DNA from: the human T2T-CHM13v2.0 reference genome, Homo sapiens
Strand: one strand, 5' to 3'
NCBI RefSeq assembly: GCF_009914755.1
Contig: NC_060933.1
Length of the DNA: 64,000 nt
In this document: piece by piece, positions 25,550-39,125 of the stretch
Numbering within the stretch: position 1 is the stretch's first letter
Layout: each line of letters opens with the position of its first letter
Position numbers and translations under genes: made by a program
Notes under the pieces: model-generated
The model's database searches: none
The model's input: the letters and a program-made list of their open reading frames with translations, nothing else
What the model was told of the DNA's origin: nothing

Positions 25550-26786
25550 TAGGAAGGTCTGTCTTAAATCTGACACAGGCAGAAATAGATCAAGGAGCCA
25601 GTCAGTTTGAAATCACATGTTACATTTATTACTTTTAAAGTTGTCAAACAGTGCAGTTTAGTTTAGTGTGAGGCTACATGGACTGGCTAAAGCCCATTGC
25701 TATACTCCTCAGGCCTTGCAATAGCATCAAAAGGACAAGTGAAGTCCTCAGTCAAGTGATCCATAATCAATGTCCTACAGAATCACTGGATGGAGAGGGA
25801 AGGAAGAGACTGAATTCCTAGCATTCACTGAGTTGTAATAAACTCTCTCTACCAAATTGGGAAACACAGACCAATGTCTGTCACCCAGCAGTTGATGACT
25901 CACTTATCTGCTATGAGAGAAGCTTAGAATGAGGGTTGCTATGGGAAGCCAGGAGTGTTACTGGAGTAGAAATTCATCCACACGGAAAATAGGGAAGTCC
26001 AGGGATAAAGGCTTTATTTTAAAACAGCACAGTGTCTGATGCATAGAAAGCAACTGATTGAGTGGTACCTATTATTATGAGGCAATAGTTGCTATTGATA
26101 AGTTTGGCTGATCAACATTGAAATATTAATGATACTAAATATATCTATATGATATATACATGTTTTTGTTCATAAAGGCAGAAATAAACCCTTCAATAAA
26201 AATCACCTAATGAAGGCTTTTGTTTAGAAATGCAGTTTCCTCATCTCTGTGAAAGTCCTGACATCATTATATTTTGCTGACCTAGCTTCACCAAATTTTA
26301 ATTCAACAAAAAGACCAGTTGAACAGATGCATTTATAGGTTCTGGGCCCTGTAACACTCAATCTGTTTAACTGAAATGTTTCTCTTGTTCCATATCTGTG
26401 CTTTCTGCTGGAACTGGATTTGTGTCTTTCTGTCTCAGTGGAGCATAAACGTAAGGAATGTCAGGAAGGAAGCCAGATCTGGAAGGCAAAAGAGGTGAAG
26501 CGGTGGCTGGGAGATTGCAGAGGCTGAAGTGTTGGAAAGATACAGAGAAAGATGATTCAGATTATTCAAATGAAAATGAGTACACAATACCCCCTTGTGA
26601 ACTATCATGGTGATTTCCACTTACATGCAATACGAATTCAGCAGACCATTTTGATGGCCCAGTGAGGTTGTTGGGGTATTATTTACGTGGGCATGTATTT
26701 TCTCTGTGCATGTACACATTTTGATCAAGGGAGAAATATTAGGGAGAGAAAAAAAAATACCTCAATTACCAAAAAAAAAGGTATTA

Positions 26787-27080
26787 GGCTGGGCACAATG
26801 GCTCATTCCTGTAGTTCCAGCACTTTTGGAGGCCAAGATGGGAGGATTGCTGGAAGTCAGCAGTTTGAGACTAGCCTGGGAAACATAGCAAGACCCCATC
26901 TCTGCAAAAATTAACTAGGCATGGTGGCATGCTCCTATATTCCCAGTCACTCAGGAGGCTGAGGCAAGAGGATCCCTTGAGCCCAGTAGGTTGAGGCTGT
27001 AATTAGCTATGATTGTGCCACTGCTCTCCAGCCTAGGCAACAGAGCAAAATCTGTCTCTTAAAAAAAGAAAAGAAAAAAA
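26787..27080 (+). mobile_element. AluJ
   Basis: ggctgggcacaatggctca...ggaggattgct...ttgagccc...gctatgattgtgccactg with A tail. Confidence 0.92.
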
Positions 27081-27504
27081 TGGAAATTTGATGCCTTGAG
27101 TTAGCTGTTATTCCAAAGACTTGGGATATATTGATGCCTGAGAAAGGACCTTGCTTTCACAGATCTTACAGTCACATAGCAAAATTACATATGAAAGCAT
27201 GTAATTAAACATAATGAGGTTAGTTAAATATAAGGCTATAAAGATAGTGGACACTAAAGCTGGTCACATGAGCTAAATCTGGGGCAGGTTTGGTGATACA
27301 GGACGAGCAAAGTGAATACCATAGATGTGGTATTTCAGTAGTCTCGAAAATCTCTCTACCTCAGATTGGCCTTCTGAACTCCAGACATCAATGTAAATAT
27401 ATTCATATTTATAATTCAACTTATATATCTTGCTATCAACTAAGACTGGTAACTGATGATTATCATTAGTACTGTAAAACAAGTAATGTAATATTAAACA
27501 AAGA

Positions 27505-27820
27505 TCCTTCTTCCCTGTCTGTCAAAATTAGGTGTGGCCATGTGACCGGCTATGGTAAATGAAATGTGTCACTTTCAGGTGCAAATAATAATAGATAGTG
27601 TTTGAGTCAGTTTTTGCCAGCTTAGTGGTTATGAACAATTATGTTTTAATGGAGCTTCCATTAGTCGAAGTACTACTGTGGTTACAGAGAGCAGAGCCCC
27701 ACTCACCCACACTGAATATGAAAATGAACATAACAAAAGACTTCATTGGTAAAAGCCTCTGAGATATCTGTGGCCTACCTGACTGATACCACTCCAATTC
27801 TAGCATCTGAGTATTGACTG
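27505..27820 (+). mobile_element. MLT1J-like LTR fragment
   Basis: ttaggtgtggccatgtgaccggctatggtaaatgaaatgtg...aagcctctgagat. Confidence 0.6.
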
Positions 27821-28028
27821 AATTAGACAGACAAGAAACATGTTCACATAGAGAGAGGGAGAATGCTGAATAAATCCTAGTTAGATTTTTCCATATGGAC
27901 ATTTTAAGAGTTCCTCAAACTCAACTTGTTCAAAACCGTATTTATTGCACATCATATTTTCCACCTTCCTCCTCAACCTGATGACCCTTTCAATAAATAG
28001 TTGCTCAAGTAAAAACCAACAAATATGA

Positions 28029-28414
28029 TGTATTAGTCCATTCTCTCCCTGCTATAAGGACATAGCCAAGACTGCATAATTTATATAGGAAAGAGGTTAA
28101 ATTGATTCACAGTTTCACAGGGCGGGGGAAGCCTCCGGAAATTTACACTTATGGCAGAAGGGGGAGCAAATATGTCCTTCTTCACATGGCAGCAGGAAGG
28201 AGAAGAATGAGAGCTGAATAAAGGGGGACACCCCTTATAAAACCATCAGATCTTCTGAGAACTCACTCGCTATCATGAGAACAGCATGAACAGCATGAGG
28301 GTAACCACCCCATGATTAAATTACCTCCCACCGGGTCCCTCCCATGACAGGCGGGGATTATGGGAACCTCAATTCAGGATGAGATTTGAGTGGGGACACG
28401 ATCAACCCATATCA
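28029..28414 (-). mobile_element. THE1C/D-like solo LTR inserted into L2
   Basis: tgtattagtccattct...aaaccatcagatcttctgagaactcactcgctatcatgagaacagcatg...ccatatca. Confidence 0.9.
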
Positions 28415-28999
28415 CATAATCATCTTGAATTCTAAACTCTTCCTTGCCACATTCAGTCTTGTCAGTCTACTTTGTAAATATCATTAAAATCTGCACTAGC
28501 ACTATTTTTTATCTCCACCATCACTATTGAAGACCAGGGCACTATCCATCTCACCTTCTTTCACACATTTCTAATTGATTTTCCTTCCTCCAGGCTTTCT
28601 GTCCTTGTAACCTCTCTCCAGCCATGGTGAATTGCTACCAACATTGCAAATCTCAACATGTCACTTACTTTTCTCTGCTTAAAAACTCAGGGTCTTTTCA
28701 TTATCATTAACATAGTTTGCAAAGCTCTCTAAAAAAGATGTGTGTACACTCGCGGTCTCTCTGTCTCTCTCTTCTTGTGTTCTCTATCTCTCCCTGTTCT
28801 CTTTCTCCCAGGTCTTCACAAATGTGGTTCTCTCTAGCAAAAATGATATTTCCTGTGTTTTCTGACTGATGAATGCCTACTCATGACAGATTCTTCTTTG
28901 GATACACTTCATCAGCCAAGTTTTCTGGCTTCTAGATTAAGAATTGGTTTATTTGTATATGCTCCCATCCCACACTGTAGAATGTTACCTAATGTCCTG

Positions 29000-29230
29000 T
29001 TTGCAGGCTCTGAAGCCAGATTCCCTGAGTTTAGAACTTCACTTTACCATTTACTAGTTATGTGACATCTTTCAAGTTAACCCATATCTCTGTGCCTCAC
29101 TTGCCCCACTTGTGAAACAGAAATAATATTAGCATCTAGCCCTTGGATTACATACTAGGTATTTTAGAATTAAATGGGCAATTTAACAAGATAAAAGCAT
29201 TGGCTGACATTGAATGCATGTTACCATTAT
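29000..29230 (+). mobile_element. MIR
   Basis: ggctctgaagccagattccctgagtt...catttactagttatgtgac...tctctgtgcctca. Confidence 0.75.
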
Positions 29231-29969
29231 TCTTCTTAACCAGCTTTGTTGTGAAGCTGAAATAGAGGGAAAAAGACTGTGAAAAAAAAACACTCAAAAC
29301 TAAGAGATTGGCTTTTATCTTATAATAAATGGAGAGCTATGGAAGATTTCAAGGAAAGAACAGACAGGATCAGAATTAAATTTCAGAAAAAAAAAATACA
29401 AGAAATACAGAGTGAGAGGCAAGTGGATGAAGAACTCTTTAAAATATGCTCAGTGTACCCAGGTAATTTAATCTTAAGCAATCATATTTAATCATCATTC
29501 CCCAAAACTAAGAGCCCATTTAATTCTACAAACATTTAAGGAGCATTCAATAAGTAGATGCTACGGCGGGGGCTGAGAATTCAAAAGAAGCAGTAGAGTA
29601 TGTCATGGAATAAATACAGCCTGTTGGTTAACAGCATTGAATTTACAACCATACAGACCCAAGTTAACCGTCAAGCCCTATGATTTCCCATCTAAACAAA
29701 ATTCTTAAATGGACTAAACCTCAATTTTTTCAAGGGTAAAACAAGAATAGATGAGATAATGTTTAGGCATCACCTTAAAAATTCTTAGGATATAGTATAT
29801 GTTCAATCAATGCTCGTTATCATTGTTACTACTATCATTGTTGATATTATTTTATAACAGTGCTAAGTGACACCTTGAGCCAACGCCAAGCTGTTCGCTA
29901 TCTAAATATAGAAAGCAAATATGTAGTCACATAAAGTATACTCTATTTGAGGTGCCATCCTATTAAAAG

Positions 29970-30220
29970 TAGTTAATAGTTTTTAAATTTATGTCCCGTG
30001 TCAGTATTGTTCTAAGTACTATACATGTACAATGGTATTTAATTCTTACAACAACCCTATGAGTCAGGTGATATGATGCTAAATGGTAGAAATAGAAAAA
30101 TGCAGGAACAGAAGTTAAGTAATGTGCCCAAGAGCACACAGCTAGTGACTGATAAGGTTGTCAGGTGAGCCGAGGTAGCCTCATACAGCTGCCATGCTCC
30201 AAACCACTAGTTTATCTTGC
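29970..30220 (-). mobile_element. MIR
   Basis: tttaattcttacaacaaccctatgag...gttaagtaatgtgcccaagagcacacagctagt. Confidence 0.78.
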
Positions 30221-31600
30221 TTCCCTGATAAATAAGAATGTGATAATTTTAAAATCATGGAATGTTTTGAATCACTTGTACCATCTGTTGCTGGGCTCTG
30301 ACAGATATCCACTCACTTTGTTTCTTAAAGCTTGAACTTAAACCATTCCAGGCAGATGGCTATAACCAACTTTATCCAGACCTAGAACGCTTTCCAAAAA
30401 TCTCTTTCATATTATAATGACCAGTCATCATTTTCAGAAAATCCTCCTATATACTAAATATTTATGTTAGAATTTGGGCCAGAATAAATGGATACCACCA
30501 CCCCTACCAGGAGGGTAAAGGTAAATTCTAGCAGTGTGCACAAGCAAAGTGATCCCCCCAAGATTGCTGATTCTTGGTACAGTTTGTACTGATTCATAAA
30601 TGGAAGTGGTGAAATAATTTGAATGGTGATATTAATTTCTCCTTCCATCTATGCATGAGAGTTTCCCTTGTGGATCTGCAAAGTCAATAAACAACAACAA
30701 CATTAGTATTACTACTGAAATCAATGCTAAGTGTTAATGTTAGTACAGCAATTGATACAACTAGTATGTTATAAATATCTTCATAAAAACTCTACAAGGT
30801 AGATGTAATTAATCATACTATCTTAAAGATGGGGCCACAGAGTCAGGAGATGATTTAATAGTATTTTAAAGATCACATAATTACCAATGTCACAGTTACA
30901 GTCATGGCCAAAAAAACGTTAGCCAGGTAATAGCCATAGTTATAGATCTGTCTCAACATCCTCATTTTAGACTATGCTTTGTGACAGGATCCACAATTGA
31001 GCACTTTTATTTGCCAAATGTCAGTGCTCCCTAATTCCAAGGTTTCAGGTGGGAGTAAGGAGAATAAATCTAGCTAGTGGGCCAACCCCAAACAATCTCA
31101 TCTGGACAGAGAAAGAACTAATGCATTCCAACAGAATGAACAATATGTAAAAAAAAGAAAAAGAAAAATCCCTCATCAGTTACTCCAAAGGTGCTGGGTC
31201 ATCTTCCCTCAGCCTATCAAAGAATAAGTTCCACCCAACCTTTGTGGCAGTTCAGCCTGACCAGAGTATTCCATAGTGTCAGACTGCCCCAGAGGTAAGG
31301 CAGATTCTCCCATTTTGTGAAGCTAACTCAGTATAGCAGTGTTCCTTATCAGTTACTAAGGTTGTATACGGCTGATTCACTCTCCATTTCACTTGAACAA
31401 TCAAACACAGCTGTGCAATATTTAACCTAACACTTACATTGTTCTAAACGTATTTCTTTATATTTATAAGCATGAATTTAATGAAGCATCTAGTGATCTT
31501 CTAAATTCATTATTCTTGCCTGGTACATTGAGCCAAAAAAAAAAAAGGAAGAAAGGAAAAAAAAAAAGGATATTCCAGAATATCCTTCAGCTGCATGGAG

Positions 31601-31940
31601 TGTTGTGGTTATTCATGCTGGTCACTAAATATTTTGGGTTCCCCCTTCCGTGAGCTATGTCTTAGTATTGTGCTTCCTCACTGATATGAAGTTGGACATG
31701 GTCATGGGATGTGTTAATAAAATGTGAACAGAAGCATTCTGTATTTTCTTTTTGCAGAAGCTTTTATAAGACAGCACATCCTCTCTTATGTTCTCTTCGC
31801 GTTTCTGCAGTGACAGTGGAAGCCTGTATCCAGGTGGTAACTCTAACTACCTGGGCCAAGAGATGACAATGAGCAGAGAATTTCTGCTTACCCAAGCTGG
31901 ACTTGTATTAAAGCATTGAGATTTAAGAGCTTTTGCTGTT

Positions 31941-31982
<42 letters not shown>

Positions 31983-33587
31983 GTCATCATTCTAATGTGA
32001 TTTGGTATGTGATGTAGATGTTTTTGGCAACATTTGGCCATATATTACTAGAAAAGAATGAGTTCTGAAAATAATTGACTAAAAGCAGAAGGGACTAGAT
32101 TTAAGAAGTTCAGGAATTTGTAGGACTGAGAGAGGTAACTTTTTCAAACCCAGTCTATGAAAAGGTATCATTGAGAATGTTATTGAATTTAACAAAAGCC
32201 AAAGAAAAAAAAAACCCTTAGACTTGCAGCAAGAATCAAATGAAAGAAATGGCCATCAAAACCACTGTTAAGTTTCTCAGTCAATTAAGGTGTTTCAGAG
32301 AAAAGGTATAATTAAGAGCTTGATATCCAATACATGCATTCAATTGCACAAAATGCTGCCGGGGAAAGACAGACAAAAATCTCGGCTTGCCTATGGAAGC
32401 CTTGCAGGTTAAAGTTGCTGTAATTTAGGTTACAAGGGGTGGAGCGAAAGGAAGCAAGCAAACAAAGACACAGCAAATCTAAGAAACAAATCTAGGAAAG
32501 AACAGTGAGGGTGGTATTGGCACACAGAAATGACTCGATCCAAAGAGATATGAAGCCTACTAACATGTTGAGTGGCGCTGCAAATAAATCACAAACAGTC
32601 TGTGACTATTTGTGATTTAAAATAACACTAGGGCTGTCAAACTCCTAAGCAGAAAAGAGGCTGAAACCAATGCTCAGCCACTCTGAGAGCATATTCTCTA
32701 ATGCCAACTTTTGATGTGACCAAGGATGCTAATGGAAATGGAAGAACTCCAGAGGACAGGATCATGGGCTCTAGGAAATGAAGAATCAGGAGCTCCAACC
32801 AGGGAGCAGAATGGAGCACAGTTATGGGAACATTTCTACTCCCAGGAGGACCTTGTTACATCTCTCCATAGGATTTCAGAATTGCTTATAGACCAATGAT
32901 TGTATTACCTCTATTTATGGTTGGGAGTGTTCATTGCAGTAAACCTGTGCACGTTTTCCTGGCTTATCATATAACTTCTTGGTTCAATTTTTTTTGTTCA
33001 AATCTCTGAACCAAAAGGAACTACCTCTGGAAATGATGAAGAAGCAACAGGAAACCATTCAGGGATCTGGACTTCAAGTTGGTCACCCTGGCTATATGAG
33101 CTGTCTCTGAAGTGGTTACTCTTGGCTTGGGAATGAATTTGTTTTACAAGTAGGAAGAAGAAATAAAGAAATATTTGCCACCAGAAAGGCACACTGCCAT
33201 AGTTTTTAGGACTGTTCAAAACTACTCTCGATTTTCTCCGTTCCTGGCACATGAAAAATATCACATTTTCCTGCCTTCTTCAAGTTAGACATTGTCATGC
33301 GACTGGATTTGATCAAAAAATATGAACAGACATGCTGTGTGTCATTTTGATGAGGAAACATTAGAGTGTCAGGGTGAAACACTGTAGCACTCTGGTGATC
33401 CTGGAAATATGTGTAGGGATGTACCCTCTATCAACCAGATTCCCTAATTAACTATAATAAGCAGAGCACTCTGCTGACCTGCAAGGGACACGTATTTTCC
33501 AAAAGAAATAAAGTTCTGTTGTTTTCAGCCTCTGAAATTAGGGGGTTGTTAATAATTCAGCATAACCTGCCTATTCTGCATTGATCA
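31601..33587 (+). mobile_element. MLT1J-type MaLR element: 5' LTR (~31601-31990), internal region, 3' LTR (~33195-33587)
   Basis: Two same-orientation LTR-like blocks (gaagttggacatggtcatggg / caagttagacattgtcatgcgac; aagcattgagattt / cagcctctgaaatt). A MaLR PPT-like tract ccagaaaggcacac precedes the second TG. Confidence 0.65.
31941..31990. repeat. (ATC)14 trinucleotide microsatellite with degenerate end
   Basis: Directly visible. It produces the poly-Met ORF artefact. Confidence 0.95.
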
Positions 33588-33931
33588 TGGGTATGAGTTA
33601 GTGTTACCTAACTCCAGGTATGCTTTTCCTATAACGATAGAATGGCCTTTACTTTAAGGTATAAGGTAGGGCTCCTCTGGTTGATCAATGTGATCCATCA
33701 CCTGAAACTGAATTCAAACCCTGGACTGGCAGCTATTCATTGAGATTATAGCCATTTCCATCATGAAGACAAGAAGAATGCAACACTTTCATGCTTCCTT
33801 GTTGCTATAGGCAGCTGGCACTGTCCTCCTTCTTGAGTTATTTACGAGTAATAATAATTATATTTTTTAAAAAAGTCAGAAACCAAAAATTCAGCAGAAT
33901 TGCGTCTTATCTGACTCCTCTGTATCCCATT

Positions 33932-33975
33932 TCTCCCTCATTACTTCTTTGTAATCTCCCTCATTACTTCTTTGT
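33932..33975. repeat. Direct duplication of 21 bp, period 23
   Basis: tctccctcattacttctttgt at 33932-33952 and 33955-33975, identical. Confidence 0.92.
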
Positions 33976-34163
33976 TCCCTCATCCATTAAGATGGATAAT
34001 GAGAAAAGACTTGCATACCTCATGGTGCTATTCCAAGCAAAACATAAACCCTAATGTTCTCTAAGTAACTTGGATGAGAAGTCATATGTTCTCATGCTCA
34101 TTTACATGTAGTCCAAACCTCATTTGCTATCCTAAGACTTCAAAAAAGAAGTTAGCTCCTCCT

Positions 34164-34474
<311 letters not shown>

Positions 34475-34639
34475 TCAAGAAAAGGTGCTGTGTGAACATA
34501 CCCAATACTAATTATTTCATCAAAACAAGCAAAGATCCTTTTGAATTTAGTCTTAATGTAAAACTTCTTCAAGGGTATTTCTTATGTCTCTCAGTCAAGT
34601 AAAGATAATACACGTTGTGGGTGGTATATTTGATAATGG

Positions 34640-34990
34640 ACATTTAATAATTCAGACCTTTGCTATTGAGGATCCACTATATGCTTGGTCTTATGCTGGG
34701 AGTATACAGGGAAGGCCTCTCTAGGAAAGTGACATTGAAGTGAGGGAGTTAGCCAAGGGAGGGGAAAAGCATTCTAAGCAGGAAGAGAGCAGCCTGTGCA
34801 AAAGCTCTGGTGTATACTACTTCAACTTATTTGTAAACCTCAAACAAGGCTAGAGGGGAGGATATAACAGAAGCAAGTATGAAAGGAGTTGGGGTGAAGA
34901 CACAGTCAGAAGCCAGTTTATGCCAGACCTTGTAAGCTTTGCGAAAGTTTTAAAATTGTATCTGAAGAACAACAGAGAGCCATTGGCTAA
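34640..34990 (-). mobile_element. L2 fragment
   Basis: cagggaaggcctctctaggaaagtgacattgaag...gcattctaagcaggaagagagcagcctgtgcaaaagctc. Confidence 0.75.
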
Positions 34991-35012
34991 ACTTACAGTG
35001 CCAAAGTTCCTT

Positions 35013-35805
35013 CAGCCAACAGACACATGAAAAAATGCTCATCATCACTGGCCATCAGAGAAATGCAAATCAAAACCACAATGAGATACCATCTCACACC
35101 AGTTAGAATGGCGATCATTAAAAAGTCAGGAAACAACAGGTGCTGGAGAGGATGTGGGGAAATAGGAACACTTTTACACTGTTGGTGGGACTGTAAACTA
35201 GTTCAACCATTGTGGAAGACAGTGTGGCGATTCCTCAGGGATCTAGAACTAGAAATACCATTTGACCCAGGCATCCCATTACTGTGTATATACCCAAAGG
35301 ATTATAAATCATGCTGCTATAAAGACACATGCACTACTCACAATAGCAAAGACTTGGAACCAACCCAAATGTCCATCAATGATAGACTGGAGTAAGAAGA
35401 TGTGGCATATATACACCGTGGAATACTATGCAGCCATAAAAAATGATGAGTTCATGTCCTTTGTATGGACATGGATGAAGCTGGAAACCATCATTCTCAG
35501 CAAACTACCGCAAGGACAAAAAACGAAACACCACGTGTTCTCACTCATAGGTGGGAATCGGACAATGAGAACACTTGGACACAGGGCAGGGAACATCACA
35601 CACTGGGACCTGTTGTGGGGTGGGGGGAGGGGGGAGGGATAGCATTGGGAGATATACCTAATGTAAATGATGAGTTAATGGGTGCAGCACACCAACATGG
35701 CACATGTATACATATGTAACAAACCTGCACGTTGTGCACATGTACCCTAGAACTTAAAGTATAATAAAAATATATATAAAAAAATAAAAATCTAAAAAAA
35801 AAAAA
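35013..35805 (+). mobile_element. L1PA (L1PA4/5-like), 5'-truncated, ORF2 C-terminus plus 3'UTR and poly-A
   Basis: The ORFs give ORF2p peptides ([46 protein letters not shown]). The G-rich 3'UTR ends gtaccctagaacttaaagtataataaaaa. Confidence 0.96.
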
Positions 35806-36989
35806 GAAAATCACTGAATGTTAGAAATGCAAAGGTTCAAAAGTTCATGTCCGTGCCCCATCCTTCCCATCATGCAAATAGCCAATTGGAATTCCCTTGA
35901 AATTCTCATAACTATGTTTGATTATTAGATATTTATTGAGGGTCTTTTGGATGTTAAACATTCTGCAAAAGAGCTGGAGGTATGGACATATCTCTTAAGT
36001 TACAGTGGTCATGTGGTGTGCAATGAGAATAAGAATGTTTTTGAAAAATAAAAATGATTCTATTTGTGTTTACCCTTCAAACAATAATTTTACTTTCTCT
36101 AAGTAGGAGACAGCAAAATTATGAATTTTAAAATTCACAAGTTAAAAATTGTGTTTAATAAATAATCCATGAGAGTCAAAGGAATAGATATATTAAGCTA
36201 CTTTGAGAATGATAGAAATGGAGTAGATGACTAAATATAAGGAATAGCCCTCATGAGTCTAGTGACAAAATTCTCTTAAAAAGCCACTGAGCCAAAAGTA
36301 GATTGAGAGAGGAACCAAAAGCTTGCTGCAGTTGCAGAATGTTAAGAGATTTATTTAACATTCTCTGGGCAAAGTTCTAAAATATTCATGCATGTTGGAC
36401 ATAATTATGTCATTTTATCCTCCACTGTGTGTCAATCAAATGCCATTTTTTCACTATAGCTTGTATCACTTCTTTCGCAATTGGGAAATGCAAATAATTA
36501 TAAATAGAGGAGTCTTAAGTGATAGAGAATTTGTTTTATGAATCTTATAGTGAAACTTTTAAATTTGTATGCTGTACTCAGGGAATGAGAAGAAAATAAG
36601 CACATTTTCTCTATACAAAACAGAGAACAGTCCCTTTACAACCATCACATTTAAAGGAACATTGAACTAATGATTTGAAGGATCAAGAAATATTATAGTG
36701 AAGACTGAATAGTGCCTAAATTGCTATTTTCAATCTAGAAATGACTATTGTTCTGTGTTGTTTTAGAAGACTCTTTTAATACCAATGAATGGAAGTTGCA
36801 AAGCATCTGATTCTCTTCCAGCTCAAGGGGAAACATTCTGTGGAATCCAGCTTTACAGGACAAATTGCTAGCCTTGGTCTTAGTGGTATGTCAGCAGAGG
36901 GCTGCTGTGGATAAGCTTCATAAACCATGGAGGACAAGAGACGAGAGAGGCTCAGGGGACACTTCTGCATTGTGGAAACTGCCTGAACT

Positions 36990-37128
36990 TTGGGGTTAAT
37001 CAGATTAGGGTTCAAATCTTAACATCACCAAGTTATTGGCTGGCTGACTATTGGAGTTTACTTAACTTTATCTTTCCTCATCTGAAAATAAAAACAGCCT
37101 AGTTAGAGTTGTAGTTAAGATTAAATGA
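36990..37128 (+). mobile_element. MIR, 5' part (continues at 39154-39220 after the L1 insertion)
   Basis: gggttcaaatc...tttcctcatctgaaaata...gttgtagttaagattaaatga. Confidence 0.7.
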
Positions 37129-38360
37129 TATGATTTACTGTTTTTTAAGGATGGATAATATTCCTGCACGTGTGTGTGTGTGTTTGTGTATGTGTGTGTG
37201 TGTGTGTGTAGATACTTAGGTTGTGTACATATTTTGGCCCATTGTGATTACTGCTGCAATGAACATGGGAGAGTAGATAACTCTCCAACATATTGATTTC
37301 ATCCCTTTGGATATATACCCAATAGTGAGACTGCTGGATCATATGGTATTTTTATTTTTAATTTTTTAAGAAACTTCTATATGGTTTCCTATAATGGTTG
37401 GTACTAATTTTAGATCTCAACAATAATATAAAAGGATTCCCTTTTCTCTACATTCTTGCCAACACTTGTTAGCTTTTGACTTTTTGATAATAGCCATCCT
37501 AACAGTGTGAAATCATATCTCATTGTAGTTTTGATTTACGTCTTTCTGATGATTAGAGAAATTGATCACCTTTGAATATATCTGTTAGCCATTTGTATAC
37601 CTTTTTATATCTTTTTAAAAAATGTCTATTCAGGTTCTTTGTCTGTTTTTCTTTTTTAAAAAATTTGTGTTTTTACTATTGAGTTGTATGAGTCCTTGTA
37701 TATTTTGGATAGTAACCCTTAGTGAATATACAGTTTGCAAGTATTTTCTCTTATTCCATAGGTTGTCTTTTAATTTTGTTAATTATTTCTTTTGCTATGA
37801 ACAAACTTTTAATTTGATGTGATCCTAGTTGCTTAATTTTGCTTTTGTTGCCTCTGTTTTTGGTGTCATATCCAAAAAATCATTGCCAAGACAAATGTCA
37901 TGAAGATTTTCCTCTATCTTTTCTAGAAGTGTTGCAATTTGGAGTATTACATTTAAATCTTTAATCCATTTTGATTTTAATTTTGTGTATGGTATAAGGT
38001 AATGATCCAATTTTCTTTTTTTTGCATCTGAATATTCAGTTTACTAAAAACACCATTATCAAAGAAACCATCCTTTCTCCCTTTCCTTGGCATCTTTGTT
38101 GAAGATTAGTTGAGGTATATGCATAGACCTATTTCTGGGCTTTCTTTTCTGTTTCATTGATCTATGTGTCTGTTTTTATGCCTGTATCATACTGTTTTCA
38201 TTACTATAGTTTTGTTATATAATTTGAAATCAGGAAGTGTGATGCCTTCAGCTTTGTTTTTTCTCAAAATTGCTTTAGCTATTTGAGGTCTTTTGTGGTT
38301 CCATATAATTTAATTTTTTTCTATTTCTATAAAAATTTTATTAGAATTTTAATAGGAATT
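37129..38360 (-). mobile_element. L1MA (MA8/9-like), inverted 5' segment
   Basis: Antisense L1 ORF2 3' region. ORF 37825..38010(-) gives YLIPYTKLKSKWIKDLNV. Confidence 0.88.
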
Positions 38361-38619
38361 AATCTGGAGGACATTATGATAAGTAAAATAAGCCAGACAC
38401 AGAAAGAAAAATAACACATGATCTCATTTATATGTGGGATCTAAAAATTCAAATTCATAGAAGGGTGGTTACCAGGGGCCAGGAGGAAAGAGAAATGGGA
38501 GGTTAATAAAAGGTAAATAATAAGTTCAGGAGACCTATTGCATAGCATGGTGGCTACGGTTAATAAGAATGTGTTATATACTTGAAATTTTCTAAGAGAG
38601 TAGATGTTAAGTATTCTTA

Positions 38620-38652
<33 letters not shown>

Positions 38653-39125
38653 TTATTTGTGTGAGGCTAACTAGCTTGATCATAGTAATCATTTCACAGT
38701 GTATATGTATATCAAGGGCCAGGTATGGTGGCTTATACCTATAATCCCAGCACTTTGGGAGCTAAGGCAGGAGGATCACTTGAGTCCAGGAGTTCGAGAC
38801 CAGGCAACATGGTGAAACTCCATCTGTACAAAAAATACAAAAATTAGTCAGGCGTGGTGGTGCACACCTGTAGTCCCAGATACTCTGGAGGCTGAGGCCA
38901 GAGGATCACTTGTACCCAGGAGGTCTACTCTGCAGTGAGCAATGATCCTCCTGTCACTGCACTACAGCCTGGATGACAGAATGAGACACTGTCTCAAAGA
39001 AAAACATCCAAAAACACAAAGAAAATGCCCCAAAAACAAAATTTAAAAAACAAATTATTTTGTACACCTTAAAAAAATATGTTATTTTTATTTCTCAATT
39101 ATACATCAATAAAGCTGAAAAAATT
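38361..39125 (+). mobile_element. L1MA (MA8/9-like), sense 3' segment, interrupted by AluJ
   Basis: aatctggaggacattatgataagtaaaataagccagacacag...ctaagagagtagat...aattatacatcaataaagctgaaaaaa. Confidence 0.88.
38717..39050 (+). mobile_element. AluJ (Jb-like) inside L1MA
   Basis: ggccaggtatggtggc...ggaggatcacttgagtccaggagttcgagacc with A-rich tail. Confidence 0.9.

Noticed and set aside
31847-32041. Poly-methionine ORF
   Set aside because: Artefact of the (ATC)n microsatellite read on the - strand.
35027-35719. ORFs of 122, 126 and 84 aa
   Set aside because: They are frameshifted C-terminal remnants of L1 ORF2p and 3'UTR read-through from a truncated L1 with no promoter, not a host gene.
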